Assembly: GCA_028286245.1 (NCBI GenBank)
Contig: JAQBRY010000002.1
Span: 142,779 to 206,778, forward strand
Origin: Candidatus Saccharimonadota bacterium
Lineage (GTDB): Bacteria > Patescibacteriota > Saccharimonadia > Saccharimonadales > UBA4665
DNA: 64,000 nt
Reading direction: 5' to 3'
The translations under genes and the position numbers were made by a program. The notes under the pieces are model-generated. The model saw only the letters and a program-made list of their open reading frames with translations. It was not told the DNA's origin and did no database searches. This document shows, piece by piece, positions 1-9,593 of this stretch. Position 1 is the first letter of the stretch. The number at the start of each line of letters is the position of its first letter.

Positions 1-1014
1 GTGGGCACGTGCAGGCTAAAACGATATTTTTCGGCTACTGCCTGGAGTTTTTTCATATACCAGTTATCGACGTTAATGCGGTTATAGGGACGAATTGCGC
101 CCTCGGCAATTGTTAACTTGCCGTTAGGGATCACTAGTTCAGGATCAACTTCCAGCCGGTTGCCAAGTCCGGTACAAACCGGGCAAGCGCCGTGCGGACT
201 ATTAAAACTAAACGTCCGGGGTTCGAGCTCCGGAATAGCAATTTCCGGGTGATTTGGGCAGGCGTACATTAGGCTGTAGGTCCAGGTTTCGGCATTATCG
301 GCATCGAGTACCACCGCCTTGCCCTCGGCTACTTCCAGAGCCTGCTCCACCGACTGCACCAGGCGGCTGCGGCTGTCGGTGTCATTCACCAAGCGGTCCA
401 CCACAATCTCAATCCGGTGGCGGTAGCTTTTATCGAGCTCCGGGAATTCATCGAGCGCATACACCACGCCGTCCACGCGGGCACGCGCAAAGCCGGCGCG
501 CTGGAACTGCTCCGGAATGTGCTCAAAGGCACCCTTTTTATCAATAACGATTGGCGCCAGAATTAGTAGGCGTTTGTCGGCCGTAGTGGCAACAATTTGG
601 TCGATGATGGCAGTGGTAGTTTGGCGCATAACCGGCTCACCATCCACCGGACAGTGCGGCACACCTATACGAGCAAACAGTAAACGGAGGTAATCATAAA
701 TTTCGGTGACGGTAGCCACCGTACTGCGCGGGTTACGGCTGGTAGATTTTTGATCAATGCTAATAGCCGGGCTGAGGCCATCAATTTGGTCAACATCAGG
801 CTTTTCCATGAGCCCCAAGAATTGGCGGGCGTAGCTGCTCAGGCTCTCCACGTAGCGGCGCTGCCCTTCGGCGTAAATAGTATCAAAAGCCAGGCTGGAT
901 TTGCCTGACCCGCTAAGGCCGGTAATAACGACTAGTTTGTTACGGGGTATGGTAACATCAACGTTTTGTAAGTTGTGTTCTCGGGCACCTTTAACGACAA
1001 TTTCATCTGCCACA
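1..1014 (-). CDS. uvrA: excinuclease ABC subunit A, N-terminal part (gene continues past left edge)
   Basis: Not in the ORF track: it has a GTG start at 1012-1014 and runs off the edge. Minus-strand translation reads VADEIVVKGAREHNLQNVDVTIPRNKLVVITGLSGSGKSSLAFDTIYAEGQRRYVESLSSYARQFLG..., the UvrA N-terminal Walker A region. GGAGG lies 6 nt upstream of the GTG. Confidence 0.9.
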
Positions 1015-1089
1015 GTATTCCTCCATCAAGGCACCTAAGTATACAGAAAAAACCAGCTTTTATCTAGTAGCTTGGTTACTGCAAAATAA

Positions 1090-1914
1090 TTATGTTCGGA
1101 CCTGTTGCGTCCAGTTCAGACCATCCAATGCTATTTTGATACCTTGGTCGGGTATATTCTCAAAAACTTTTTCTTCCCACTCTTCGAGGAGATCTTCGGT
1201 TGAGTCACGCGGCAACCTCGCAAATGGAACGCCAACAACGAGTGGTTTATACGGATCGAGGATTTCGTTTCCAGCACCAAAAGAATTGATGGTATCGTAA
1301 ATGGCACGATTCATAACGGATAAAGCCTGCGTAACCGGATCATCTTCGTCAAAAACGAGAGCATATTCAAATGCTGGACTTCCCAGCTTAGGCACTGGTT
1401 GAACGGTTCTAATGCCATTGTCATCCGTCTCTTCATCTACCCTATCCGGTGGAGCAGATGGTTGTATGCGGACAAGATTTACGGCACGGGTCACTAGCCC
1501 TTCTCCTTCGTTATTTTTAGGTTCAATACCAAAGGCCGCTAGTGACGCTGATAATACTATAGGTAAAGGGTTAGGAACTTCTTTAGCCTCGGGCTCACGA
1601 TTTAACTTACCAGGAGCAGGCCACGTATCTGCAAGCATACGGGCAGCAACCTGCGGAAATTTACGGGCTCGTGGGTCGCCGGGTAACGCTCTTTGTTCAA
1701 AATGAGTGTAGCGATAATCTTCTGGCAAATACAATGCCGTCCTGCCGACCGGTCTATACATGCCGGGTTCGGTGCGTACTTCTGTTCTTTCGTAAAAAGG
1801 GATGACCCTATTACTCACGGCGGCAACCCTCTCGTAAAATTTGGACAACTGCCCAGACGGAGCTACATCACGGGTAGCTCGAATATAGGAATACTGGTTG
1901 GAACGAGGGGGCAT
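1090..1914 (-). CDS. hypothetical protein, 274 aa
   Basis: Long ORF with AAGGAG (1919-1924) just upstream of the ATG and TGGTATAAT (1939-1947) as an extended -10. No signal peptide or catalytic motif recognised. Confidence 0.6.
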   Translation of the reverse strand: MPPRSNQYSYIRATRDVAPSGQLSKFYERVAAVSNRVIPFYERTEVRTEPGMYRPVGRTALYLPEDYRYTHFEQRALPGDPRARKFPQVAARMLADTWPAPGKLNREPEAKEVPNPLPIVLSASLAAFGIEPKNNEGEGLVTRAVNLVRIQPSAPPDRVDEETDDNGIRTVQPVPKLGSPAFEYALVFDEDDPVTQALSVMNRAIYDTINSFGAGNEILDPYKPLVVGVPFARLPRDSTEDLLEEWEEKVFENIPDQGIKIALDGLNWTQQVRT

Positions 1915-1955
1915 ACAACTCCTTAGGCTAGCTAGGAGATTATACCATTAATTTG

Positions 1956-2903
1956 CTAAGCAGCCATAAGCATGTCTGCCCTAGGACTATGGAAGGCAAT
2001 AGGGTAAGGTGCGGCGGGCAAAATAGATGACGGCGGCATTTTGGCTTTGCTACGAGGGTCTAATGTTACAAATGCTACTTCGAACTGGGTCTCTTCGTCC
2101 TCTTCCTGAAGGAAGTGTGCAGGATTAAGTCTAAAGTGACTACACATACGACCTACTAATTCGTCACGCTCTATGTGCATCGCCCCAGCTTCGGTAATAA
2201 CAAACCCAAGCCCATGTGTGCCTACCGCTTCGGTTTCACCGGGATAAAAATCGCCCGGCTGCCAAAGAGATGCGGACCGTAGAAGCTCATCATCTTTTGC
2301 ATCAAACCGCAAACTCGTGGGTACGTCTGGAGCTGCCTGCCTGTCTTCCGCTAGCAAAGATAGTGTTGCATAGCCATGATTTTGTCCCATTGTACTGATA
2401 ATGTCATTAATCCCGCACGTAAATGCTCGAGCAGCTCTTTTCTGAGCCGCGCGGTCCGGACCTTTTGCAACTTTTGTATAGCGTTCGTTGAGCGCAGCGA
2501 CGATAGCATGTCTAGGGACATATTCAACCATCACGTCACGGAGGGGAATAGCTGTTACTCCCTCTAAAGGAGCGACTCTCCGCGACAACTCAGTATGAAA
2601 GTTGTTTATTCGGCTAGGAATTTTCTTAGCGAGCGGACGCCCGATACGCATTGCTGGCCATGGATAATACGGTGCAGGCTCACTTCGGTCGCGACTATGT
2701 TGCCTTTTTGCTCTAGAGACTGGCTTTACTTTTTGCTTTTCCACCCAGCCACCCTCAGGGCTTAAGTCATATGTAGATGCCATGTCGGCATAAAATCCAA
2801 CGCTCGGGCCTTGGATGGCGCGACTAGCAGGCCCGCCGACCGTTCTCCCATTCATAACACTAGCAGCACCAACTCTAGGCATTTCATGCGAGGCAAATCC
2901 CAT
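1956..2903 (-). CDS. hypothetical protein, 315 aa
   Basis: Long ORF with AAGGAG (2912-2917) 8 nt upstream of the ATG. No recognisable motif. Confidence 0.6.
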   Translation of the reverse strand: MGFASHEMPRVGAASVMNGRTVGGPASRAIQGPSVGFYADMASTYDLSPEGGWVEKQKVKPVSRAKRQHSRDRSEPAPYYPWPAMRIGRPLAKKIPSRINNFHTELSRRVAPLEGVTAIPLRDVMVEYVPRHAIVAALNERYTKVAKGPDRAAQKRAARAFTCGINDIISTMGQNHGYATLSLLAEDRQAAPDVPTSLRFDAKDDELLRSASLWQPGDFYPGETEAVGTHGLGFVITEAGAMHIERDELVGRMCSHFRLNPAHFLQEEDEETQFEVAFVTLDPRSKAKMPPSSILPAAPYPIAFHSPRADMLMAA

Positions 2904-3058
2904 ACAACAATCTCCTTGTTATGCTTTAATCATAGTTTTTAGTGTAGACGCTTATTAACATAAACACCACATGTAGCGTGCTGATAGGTACTGTAATATT
3001 AACAATTAGTTAACTTCTGTAAGATTAACTTTTACAGGGTGCCGTATAATAGCTCAAT

Positions 3059-3460
3059 ATGAAGATTAAACACCAGGCCAAACGAATCGCAACCGATGCT
3101 GCGGGTTATTTACTCATCGTGCTGGGTGTTGCACTAGGTTGGTTGCCTGGTCCGGGCGGTATTCCGCTTATAGTGGCCGGACTTGGGCTACTGTCTATTA
3201 ACAATGAATGGGCCGCTAAGCTCCGCGATTACCTGCTCAAACACGGTGGCGAGCTGGTACGGGTGCTCTTCCCGAGTAATAAGTACGTTCAGTGGCTATA
3301 CGATGCCGCCGTTGCCGCCCTGCTGGTGGTTGTTACTATCTTGGCCATCAGACACGCCGCCTTCTGGCAAATTTCTTTAAGTATTGCCCTGTTTTTTATT
3401 GCATTGTTTATTGCGGCCATGAATCGAGACCGCCTTGTCCGCCTTAAGCATAAGAAATAA
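3059..3460 (+). CDS. PGPGW-motif small membrane protein
   Basis: 133 aa with several hydrophobic helices and the motif WLPGPGGIPLIVAGLGLL, typical of the PGPGW transmembrane family. TATAAT (3045-3050) ends 8 nt before the ATG. Confidence 0.65.
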   Translation: MKIKHQAKRIATDAAGYLLIVLGVALGWLPGPGGIPLIVAGLGLLSINNEWAAKLRDYLLKHGGELVRVLFPSNKYVQWLYDAAVAALLVVVTILAIRHAAFWQISLSIALFFIALFIAAMNRDRLVRLKHKK

Positions 3461-3470
3461 CAATACATAC

Positions 3471-3498
3471 TTGACATAACTGCAATTTCCTGTATAAT
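3471..3498 (+). promoter_or_regulatory. sigma70-type promoter
   Basis: TTGACA (3471-3476), a 16-nt spacer ending in TG, then TATAAT (3493-3498). GAGG sits upstream of the ATG at 3522. Confidence 0.6.
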
Positions 3499-3521
3499 GC
3501 ATCACAAATCGTGAGGCACCA

Positions 3522-3719
3522 ATGGAAAAATTTATAGTACTCGGGCAAGTTCCCGGCACCGACATACAAATCACTTTTACGTTATGGCTTGAGCTCATGA
3601 CAGCCGTGATGCTGTTGGTTGTGCTGATGCTATTGTTCGTTAGTCACCGGCAGCAATTGGCCGGCGAAAATGACAGCGACCAGCGAGCACCCATGCACGC
3701 TAGGCAGTTACATCGCTAG
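3522..3719 (+). CDS. small membrane protein, 65 aa
   Basis: Preceded by a canonical promoter and a GAGG RBS. Has one clear TM helix (LWLELMTAVMLLVVLMLLFV). Its 3' end overlaps the sbcB stop region by 20 nt, convergently. Confidence 0.45.
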   Translation: MEKFIVLGQVPGTDIQITFTLWLELMTAVMLLVVLMLLFVSHRQQLAGENDSDQRAPMHARQLHR

Positions 3720-5145
3720 GCATAATAGCTTCGCCGTATAGTCGCAGCTCTTCCAATAAATACTTTTTGTTATCGTCCAAGTCGGGCTGTTGCTTAAGTT
3801 CATCGAGTCGGGCAAAATATTTTGCCAACCGGCTACTAGCACCGCCGTCAAATAATCGTTCAGCGCAGTGTACGTCCCAAGCTAACCGCTGTTCACTAGT
3901 GAGCGACTGAGGATAGTTACGTGCCACGTATAGCGGCAACAGCTCCTTAAGACGCCCATCATGGAACCGTGACTCAAACGACATGATATCAGTGGGTGGA
4001 GCCTGGCGGACAGATTTCATAACCATTTTGTCGGCATCACTAATAAACCCGCCGTCATATAGTTGGGAATCGACAGTAGTGGGCTCTTTAGGTGCCTCTG
4101 CCCGTTCCTTCTCGCTCAGTTTTTGGACCTGCAGCATCTTATCGGTCAGCTCTTTTTGGACTGCTTTGAGCTTATTGTAATTGCCTTGGATAGTCTCTAG
4201 CGGTAACTGTAAGCGTTCTTGGGCAGCGGCATCGAGGACGCCTATTGGGGCCACGGCTGGGCAGCGGTTGAACTTCATAGTCTTTACCGGGAGGCGAACC
4301 GCTTCTTTATCGGGGTTCCAGCGCCAGGCAGTCGCTAACTCCTCAATGCCCATCTTAGCAAACGGAACTGGGTCGTAACGCAGATCAAAGACGAAGGCGC
4401 TGCCGGACTGCGGATGGTCGGCCAGGTAGGCCACTGCCGTGGTGTGCTGCGTCTCACCGGGATATTTCCCAGAGGTATACACAAAGGGCTGGCCTTTGAG
4501 CACCAGTTCGGACACAACTTTTTTATTGCGAGCCTCAAACAGGTATTTAAATAGCCCAGGCTGTTTGTCACGGATGAGCTTGGCAACGGCGATGGTAGCG
4601 TAGACGTCGCTAAGGGCGTCATGCGCCTGGTAGTGATCAAGGCCGTTTAATTTGGTCATTAACTCCAGTCGGTTGGTCGGTTTACCCTCAGGGGTAAAGG
4701 GCCACTCAATTCCCTCTGGACGCAGGGCCCGGGTCATGCGGACCAGATCAAGAATATCCCAACGGGAGCAGCCGTCAGCCCATTGCCATTCGTACGGATC
4801 ATAAAAGTTACGGTAGTGCAGGTAGCGCATAAACTCATCGTCAAAGCGCACGCTGTTAAATCCTAGGAAAGTGGTATCTTTTTGCACGACTTCGTCGTAA
4901 AAGTATTTTAAAAATTCGGCCTCTGTTAAGCCCTCGCTAATAGTTTGTTGGGGGGTGATACCGGTAATTAATACGGCATCCGGTTCGGGTAAAACGTCGG
5001 CGGCTAACTTAATGTAAACATTGACTGGCTCACCGATGGGCTGTAGTGCCTCGTCGGTCCGAATACCGGCAAATTGCATAATACGAGCACCACTCGGACT
5101 AAAGCCAGACGTTTCCAGATCGTAAAAGAAATAACTTGCAGCCAT
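3700..5145 (-). CDS. sbcB: exodeoxyribonuclease I
   Basis: 481 aa. The N-terminus FFYDLETSGFSP...RIMQFAGIRTD and the later HDALSDV match the DEDDh exonuclease motifs and length of ExoI. Confidence 0.85.
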   Translation of the reverse strand: MAASYFFYDLETSGFSPSGARIMQFAGIRTDEALQPIGEPVNVYIKLAADVLPEPDAVLITGITPQQTISEGLTEAEFLKYFYDEVVQKDTTFLGFNSVRFDDEFMRYLHYRNFYDPYEWQWADGCSRWDILDLVRMTRALRPEGIEWPFTPEGKPTNRLELMTKLNGLDHYQAHDALSDVYATIAVAKLIRDKQPGLFKYLFEARNKKVVSELVLKGQPFVYTSGKYPGETQHTTAVAYLADHPQSGSAFVFDLRYDPVPFAKMGIEELATAWRWNPDKEAVRLPVKTMKFNRCPAVAPIGVLDAAAQERLQLPLETIQGNYNKLKAVQKELTDKMLQVQKLSEKERAEAPKEPTTVDSQLYDGGFISDADKMVMKSVRQAPPTDIMSFESRFHDGRLKELLPLYVARNYPQSLTSEQRLAWDVHCAERLFDGGASSRLAKYFARLDELKQQPDLDDNKKYLLEELRLYGEAIMPSDVTA

Positions 5146-5240
5146 ATGTGCTACAAGTTTATCATGCTCATCTGATAAGGCGACTTTTAAGGGCTACAAA
5201 GTAGTACTATTTAAGAATTATTTAAGGTTGTTTAAGTTGT

Positions 5241-6524
5241 TTAGTAAGGGAAGTGATGCTCCGGTCGGCCAACCACAATCTTTTGGCCTGGCTCAACACC
5301 GCGCCGAACAAGTTCGTGCAGGATGCCCATCTTTTTCATAATGTCACGCAGGCGACGAACGCCTTCTTCTTGCTCAAAATCAGTCCGGCGAGCAAACTTC
5401 TCAATTTTTTCGCCGGTGACCACAAAATGGTCACCCTCAACAACAACGTCCCACTTTTTGCTGGTGTCTTCGAGCCGCAGCACTGGAATGGCGTTTAGAT
5501 CCACGGCAGCGGCTTCTTCGACACGTGACCGCACTTCCACAACCTTATCTTTAACAGCAAACAGCATCTCCTTTAGTCCAAGACCCGAAAGAGCCGAGAT
5601 AGCTAGAATAGTGGCATCTTTTGGCGCTGCTCGACGTAGCTGATTAGTGAGGTCCTTTACGATTTCATCATCGAGGCCATCGATCTTACTCAGTACAATT
5701 ACCTCTGGTCGTTCAGCCAGCTCAGGCTGATAGGCGGCCAGCTCGGCTTTAATGGTCAGATACGTTTCGGCCACGTTTTCTTGATAGGCCTCTACCAGGT
5801 GCAAGATAACTGCGGTGCGCTCAATGTGGCGTAAAAAGTCATGGCCCAGACCCTTGCCTTCGGCCGCACCTTCGATGAGCCCCGGAATATCAGCAAATAA
5901 GATACTGCTGGCACCATCAACGTCAACCATGCCAAGGTTTGGGCGCAGCGTGGTAAAGGCATAGTCGGCAATTTCTGGACGGGCATTACTGATTTTACTG
6001 AGCAGGGTCGACTTACCAGCATTAGGCAAACCAACTAGACCCACGTCGGCAATAACTTTTAATTCGAGTGTTAGGTCGGCGATTTCGCCAGCTTCGCCCT
6101 TTTCGGCAAACTTAGGTGTCTGGCGACGAGATGACTGAAAGTGAGCATTTCCAAAGCCACCCTTACCGCCCCTGGCGATCACGGCTTCTTGGCCGTCCTG
6201 CACTAGGTCGGCAATAACTTTGCCGGCCTCGTTTGTAGCCACTGTCCCCACGGGGACAGCTACTAGTAAGTTCTTGGCTCGCTTACCATGCATTTTGGTT
6301 TTGCCACCGGGCTTACCGGGCTGTGCCTTGAGCTCTTTTTGATAACGAAAGGCTGCAAGGGTATTTTGATTACGGCTGGCCACCAAGATTACGTAGCCGC
6401 CATCACCGCCATCACCGCCATCTGGGCCACCCTTATCAATAAACTTTTCGTGTCGAAAGCTCATCTTGCCGTTGCCACCGTCACCGGCAATCGCCGTTAC
6501 CTTAACCTTATCAATAAAACTCAT
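5241..6524 (-). CDS. obg: GTPase Obg
   Basis: Glycine-rich Obg fold (GDGGNGKMSFRHEKF...GGDGGDGG). G-domain motifs GLPNAGKST and DIPGLIEGA are present. C-terminal OCT-like domain (FVVTGEKIEKF...). Confidence 0.95.
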   Translation of the reverse strand: MSFIDKVKVTAIAGDGGNGKMSFRHEKFIDKGGPDGGDGGDGGYVILVASRNQNTLAAFRYQKELKAQPGKPGGKTKMHGKRAKNLLVAVPVGTVATNEAGKVIADLVQDGQEAVIARGGKGGFGNAHFQSSRRQTPKFAEKGEAGEIADLTLELKVIADVGLVGLPNAGKSTLLSKISNARPEIADYAFTTLRPNLGMVDVDGASSILFADIPGLIEGAAEGKGLGHDFLRHIERTAVILHLVEAYQENVAETYLTIKAELAAYQPELAERPEVIVLSKIDGLDDEIVKDLTNQLRRAAPKDATILAISALSGLGLKEMLFAVKDKVVEVRSRVEEAAAVDLNAIPVLRLEDTSKKWDVVVEGDHFVVTGEKIEKFARRTDFEQEEGVRRLRDIMKKMGILHELVRRGVEPGQKIVVGRPEHHFPY

Positions 6525-6736
6525 CTAAAACTCACCGAACCCTTTTACATTTCAAATACTAATAATAACATTCTTTACCCAAAACTTCAACGCCCCGCCC
6601 TCCAGGATGAGTATGATTCTCTAGATGACGTGCAGTGTGGTTTGGAATACGAGGAGCGGAAGTAATCGTACTAAAAGTACGATGAATGAGCACCGGAGGA
6701 TTCCAGGCCGCAATGTGTGTTAGCTAGAGGGTCACC

Positions 6737-7741
6737 CTACCTATAAATGAAGTGCTGGAATTTTGCGGCCGAAACCCAATCGCTATTGCCAACTCGTCCC
6801 CAACCAGCCAACCCATTCATATCAGAGTACTTAATCATAGTGCCGTCGTCCGATACTGCCTCAATGTAGGCCACATGACCTTCGCTACCCCGGTCGGTCT
6901 GGCCGATAGCACCGGCACGCGGCGTAGTGCTTACTGTCCAGCCATCAAGTGGAGCCAAGTTATCCCACGTGTTGGCGTTGCCCCAGTTGCTTGGCACACT
7001 AATACGGTTAGCGACGTACCAGGTACAGTAACCAAAGTCGTAACCGTTGTAGCCATAAATAGCTGAGCTGCCACCAAAGGCGTAACTAGTCACATTGCTA
7101 CTGGCAGCCACTCGTGCAGCTACGGCAGGCGCAGCCTGAACACCGTTAGGAATAATAATCTTTGTGCCGGCAACCAGACCGTTGATCTCGGCGTCGTTAT
7201 AGGCAATAATTTGGTCCTTGTTGGCCTTGAACTTAGCCGCTAGCGTATCGGGGGTATCGCCCGGCTTTACAGTGTAGACAATACCGTTAACAGGGGGGAT
7301 CGTGAGCGTTACGCTGGCAGCGACGGCATCACCGCTGAGGGCGTTTGACCAGCGGATACTATCCGAAGTAACACCAAACTTGCTGGCTACACTCGGAATA
7401 GTATCCCCGGCGACAGTGGTATATGACTGAATATCGGCTCGAGACTTAAGCGCCGTAGAGACAACTTGCGGCTTGGCAATCACATTGTTGCTGGTTGGAG
7501 CCATAGTCAACTCACTAGCCTGGGAATCGGCTTGGTTAGTGATGGCTGTTGCTTCTGGCAAGTTATTAAGACGAGCAATAGTAAGGGCGATATCGGTTGA
7601 TGATAATTGGTCGAGAGGATTGACTGCGCCAGCGGTGGCTTGACGCTGCGTTACGAGCGAATTAGCAGCAACGCTGGTATTTGGGCTATGCAGCACAAAT
7701 ACCGCCACAGCACCAAGTACGACGACGTTACCAACTAACAA
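6737..7741 (-). CDS. secreted LysM-LysM-CHAP peptidoglycan hydrolase (start uncertain, frame open to about 8005)
   Basis: Two LysM repeats (YTTVAGDTIPSVASKFGV..., YTVKPGDTPDTLAAKFKA...). C-terminal CHAP-like domain (FGYCTWYVANR...GHVAYIEAV). The track start is TTG; see the finding on the N-terminal extension. Confidence 0.8.
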   Translation of the reverse strand: MLVGNVVVLGAVAVFVLHSPNTSVAANSLVTQRQATAGAVNPLDQLSSTDIALTIARLNNLPEATAITNQADSQASELTMAPTSNNVIAKPQVVSTALKSRADIQSYTTVAGDTIPSVASKFGVTSDSIRWSNALSGDAVAASVTLTIPPVNGIVYTVKPGDTPDTLAAKFKANKDQIIAYNDAEINGLVAGTKIIIPNGVQAAPAVAARVAASSNVTSYAFGGSSAIYGYNGYDFGYCTWYVANRISVPSNWGNANTWDNLAPLDGWTVSTTPRAGAIGQTDRGSEGHVAYIEAVSDDGTMIKYSDMNGLAGWGRVGNSDWVSAAKFQHFIYR

Positions 7742-8037
7742 CGAAATACGCAGTGCGCGCTTGCGAACGGCTTTTCGGTGTGTTTTTAGGATGATTCTTT
7801 GATACCACTTAGACGATTGAATGGTACGAGGAAGCGCTAAGCGGCTCGCGATATCTGTAGAAGTAATGTTACTAATAAAGGCTCCGACGTCAAAAGACGT
7901 ACACCCTAAGCAGTTAAATAATATTGGTGAATCGTTAACAAAAGTGTAGCGATTGATAGTATTTGGCTTAGGAGCAACAAAGCCAGGTAATAAACTAATT
8001 GGAAGTCAACTAGCAAATATCTGGCAGTTACCGAACC

Positions 8038-8066
8038 ATTATAGCAAAAATACCGCTTATGTTCAA
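8038..8066 (-). promoter_or_regulatory. sigma70-type promoter upstream of the LysM-CHAP gene
   Basis: On the minus strand: TTGAAC (8061-8066), a 17-nt spacer, then TATAAT (8038-8043). Confidence 0.5.
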
Positions 8067-8108
8067 GTTTTAACAACTATTTTTAACTGTTTAACTTCTT
8101 AAAATAAA

Positions 8109-9167
8109 TTAATTGCCGCACAGAGTGTGACAGTGTTTGTTGGTTAAATCTTGATGTTCTTCGATGGTGTGAGAGAAGTAGGTGGTGCCGTCATCACCGG
8201 CAACAAAGAAGAGCCAGTCGGTGGCAGCCGGGGCAGCGGCCGCTTGGAGTGAACTAGCGCTCACCGAACTAATAGGGGTGGGCGGCAAGCCTTTCTCTAC
8301 CAGGGTGTTGTACGGTGAATCGTAGGTAAGGCTCGGCGCCTTGCCGGCCGCTATCGAACCATAGTAAGCCGTTACGTCCGATCCAAGCACCATATCAGAC
8401 TTGAGCCGCTTGTAGAACACCTGGGCAACCTGCGCCCGATCGGTTGGCTTAGAGGCTTCCTGCTCAACTATAGAGGCTAGGGTAAGCCCCTGGTAGGCAG
8501 TAAGACCCTGGGCGGCAAAGGCCGCCTGTAAATCTGGAGTTAATTTCTGGGCCATCTCTTCGAGTGATTGGCGAATAATTACCGACGGTTCGGTATTGGC
8601 ATCGCGTTGGTACGAGTCCGGCCAGAGCAAGCCTTCTAGGGTGGTGACGTCCGCTGGTTTATAGGCCAGTGTTGGCAGATCGGCATACTGTCCCGGCTCA
8701 AGGGCTTTATCGACGGCATTTGGATCAAAACCATCATTAATAAGGTCAGCTCTCACTTGGTCGATGCGCCGGCCGGGGAGGATGGTCACCAGCCGGGTAG
8801 TTACCTTACCCTTGGTGAGTACGGTGATAATTTTGGTGGTGCCTTGGCTTGGCGACAAGGCATAGGTACCGGCCTGAAGCTGGTCGCCAATCTGCTTGCT
8901 GTGCACATAGAGCTCCATGGCCCAGGCACTCTTAATGAGCTTTTTTTGCTGGAGCTGGCTGGCTACCTCTTTAAAGGTACTACCCTTTTCGACGGTAAAA
9001 ATCTGAGTCTGCTGATCACTACTGACAGGCTCGAGATTTGCAGTGTAGGTGTGACGGACCACGATGGTACTCACGATACCGATTATAATCAGCAAGATTA
9101 ATACAACCCAAATACGGAAAAAACGACCCTTTTTTGGCGATTTTAAACCGGAACGATATTGTAACAT
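8109..9167 (-). CDS. mltG: endolytic murein transglycosylase MltG (YceG-like)
   Basis: N-terminal TM helix. YceG-type motifs LTLASIVEQEA and GLPPTPISSVSASSLQAAAAP are present. Confidence 0.85.
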   Translation of the reverse strand: MLQYRSGLKSPKKGRFFRIWVVLILLIIIGIVSTIVVRHTYTANLEPVSSDQQTQIFTVEKGSTFKEVASQLQQKKLIKSAWAMELYVHSKQIGDQLQAGTYALSPSQGTTKIITVLTKGKVTTRLVTILPGRRIDQVRADLINDGFDPNAVDKALEPGQYADLPTLAYKPADVTTLEGLLWPDSYQRDANTEPSVIIRQSLEEMAQKLTPDLQAAFAAQGLTAYQGLTLASIVEQEASKPTDRAQVAQVFYKRLKSDMVLGSDVTAYYGSIAAGKAPSLTYDSPYNTLVEKGLPPTPISSVSASSLQAAAAPAATDWLFFVAGDDGTTYFSHTIEEHQDLTNKHCHTLCGN

Positions 9168-9593
9168 TTAGATCGTGCTCCCATGCTCTGCTAAATAATC
9201 TTCTAAAATATAGGTCGCCGCCAGCGCATCGACATCAGCCTTTACAAACAGTTTACCACGAGCGGTCAGCTCTTCTCTAGCTTTTACAGAGGTGAGAGCT
9301 TCGTCCTGAAAGTGTACGGGCACTGTAATATGGCTGGCTAAATGGGTTGCAAATGCCCGGGTAGACTGTGTTTGCTGCGTGTCATCTCCATTTAAATTTC
9401 TAGGGAGCCCTACCACCACATGCGCCGCACCCTCATCAGATAGTAACTGAACGATAGTATCAACGGCGTGCACGTCATTAGGAATAGTGGTGAGCGGATG
9501 CGGCATCCGGGCCGCATATGATGCGGTGGCGATACCAATGCGTACCGTCCCCACGTCCAGCGCAATAACAGACTTAGGGGTTGCTTGTGGCAT
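9168..9593 (-). CDS. ruvX: Holliday-junction-resolvase-like nuclease YqgF/RuvX
   Basis: 141 aa. VIALDVGTVRIGIATAS near the N-terminus and VVVGLPRNLNGD later on, the typical YqgF pattern. Abuts the mltG start. Confidence 0.85.
   Translation of the reverse strand: MPQATPKSVIALDVGTVRIGIATASYAARMPHPLTTIPNDVHAVDTIVQLLSDEGAAHVVVGLPRNLNGDDTQQTQSTRAFATHLASHITVPVHFQDEALTSVKAREELTARGKLFVKADVDALAATYILEDYLAEHGSTI

Noticed and set aside
254-547. 97-aa plus-strand ORF (and similar short ORFs) inside the first kilobase
   Set aside because: It lies antisense to a clearly coding uvrA reading frame. The product is Arg/Pro-rich and low-complexity, which is typical of a shadow ORF.
6525-6736. Possible small RNA (SRP, 6S or riboswitch-like) in the 212-nt gap between the CHAP hydrolase and obg, including a 7-bp hairpin ATCGTAC-TAAAA-GTACGAT
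   Set aside because: I could not find the conserved SRP (GGAA tetraloop/AGCA), RNase P, tmRNA or c-di-AMP riboswitch signatures by eye. The 125-aa track ORF here has no support. A covariance-model scan (Infernal/Rfam) would be needed.
7877-8037. Riboswitch (for example the c-di-AMP ydaO type often found before cell-wall hydrolase genes) in the ~150-nt leader of the LysM-CHAP gene
   Set aside because: The conserved ydaO-type G-rich/ACGGGGA-like elements are not visible and the region is AT-rich. Without a covariance-model search I cannot support it.
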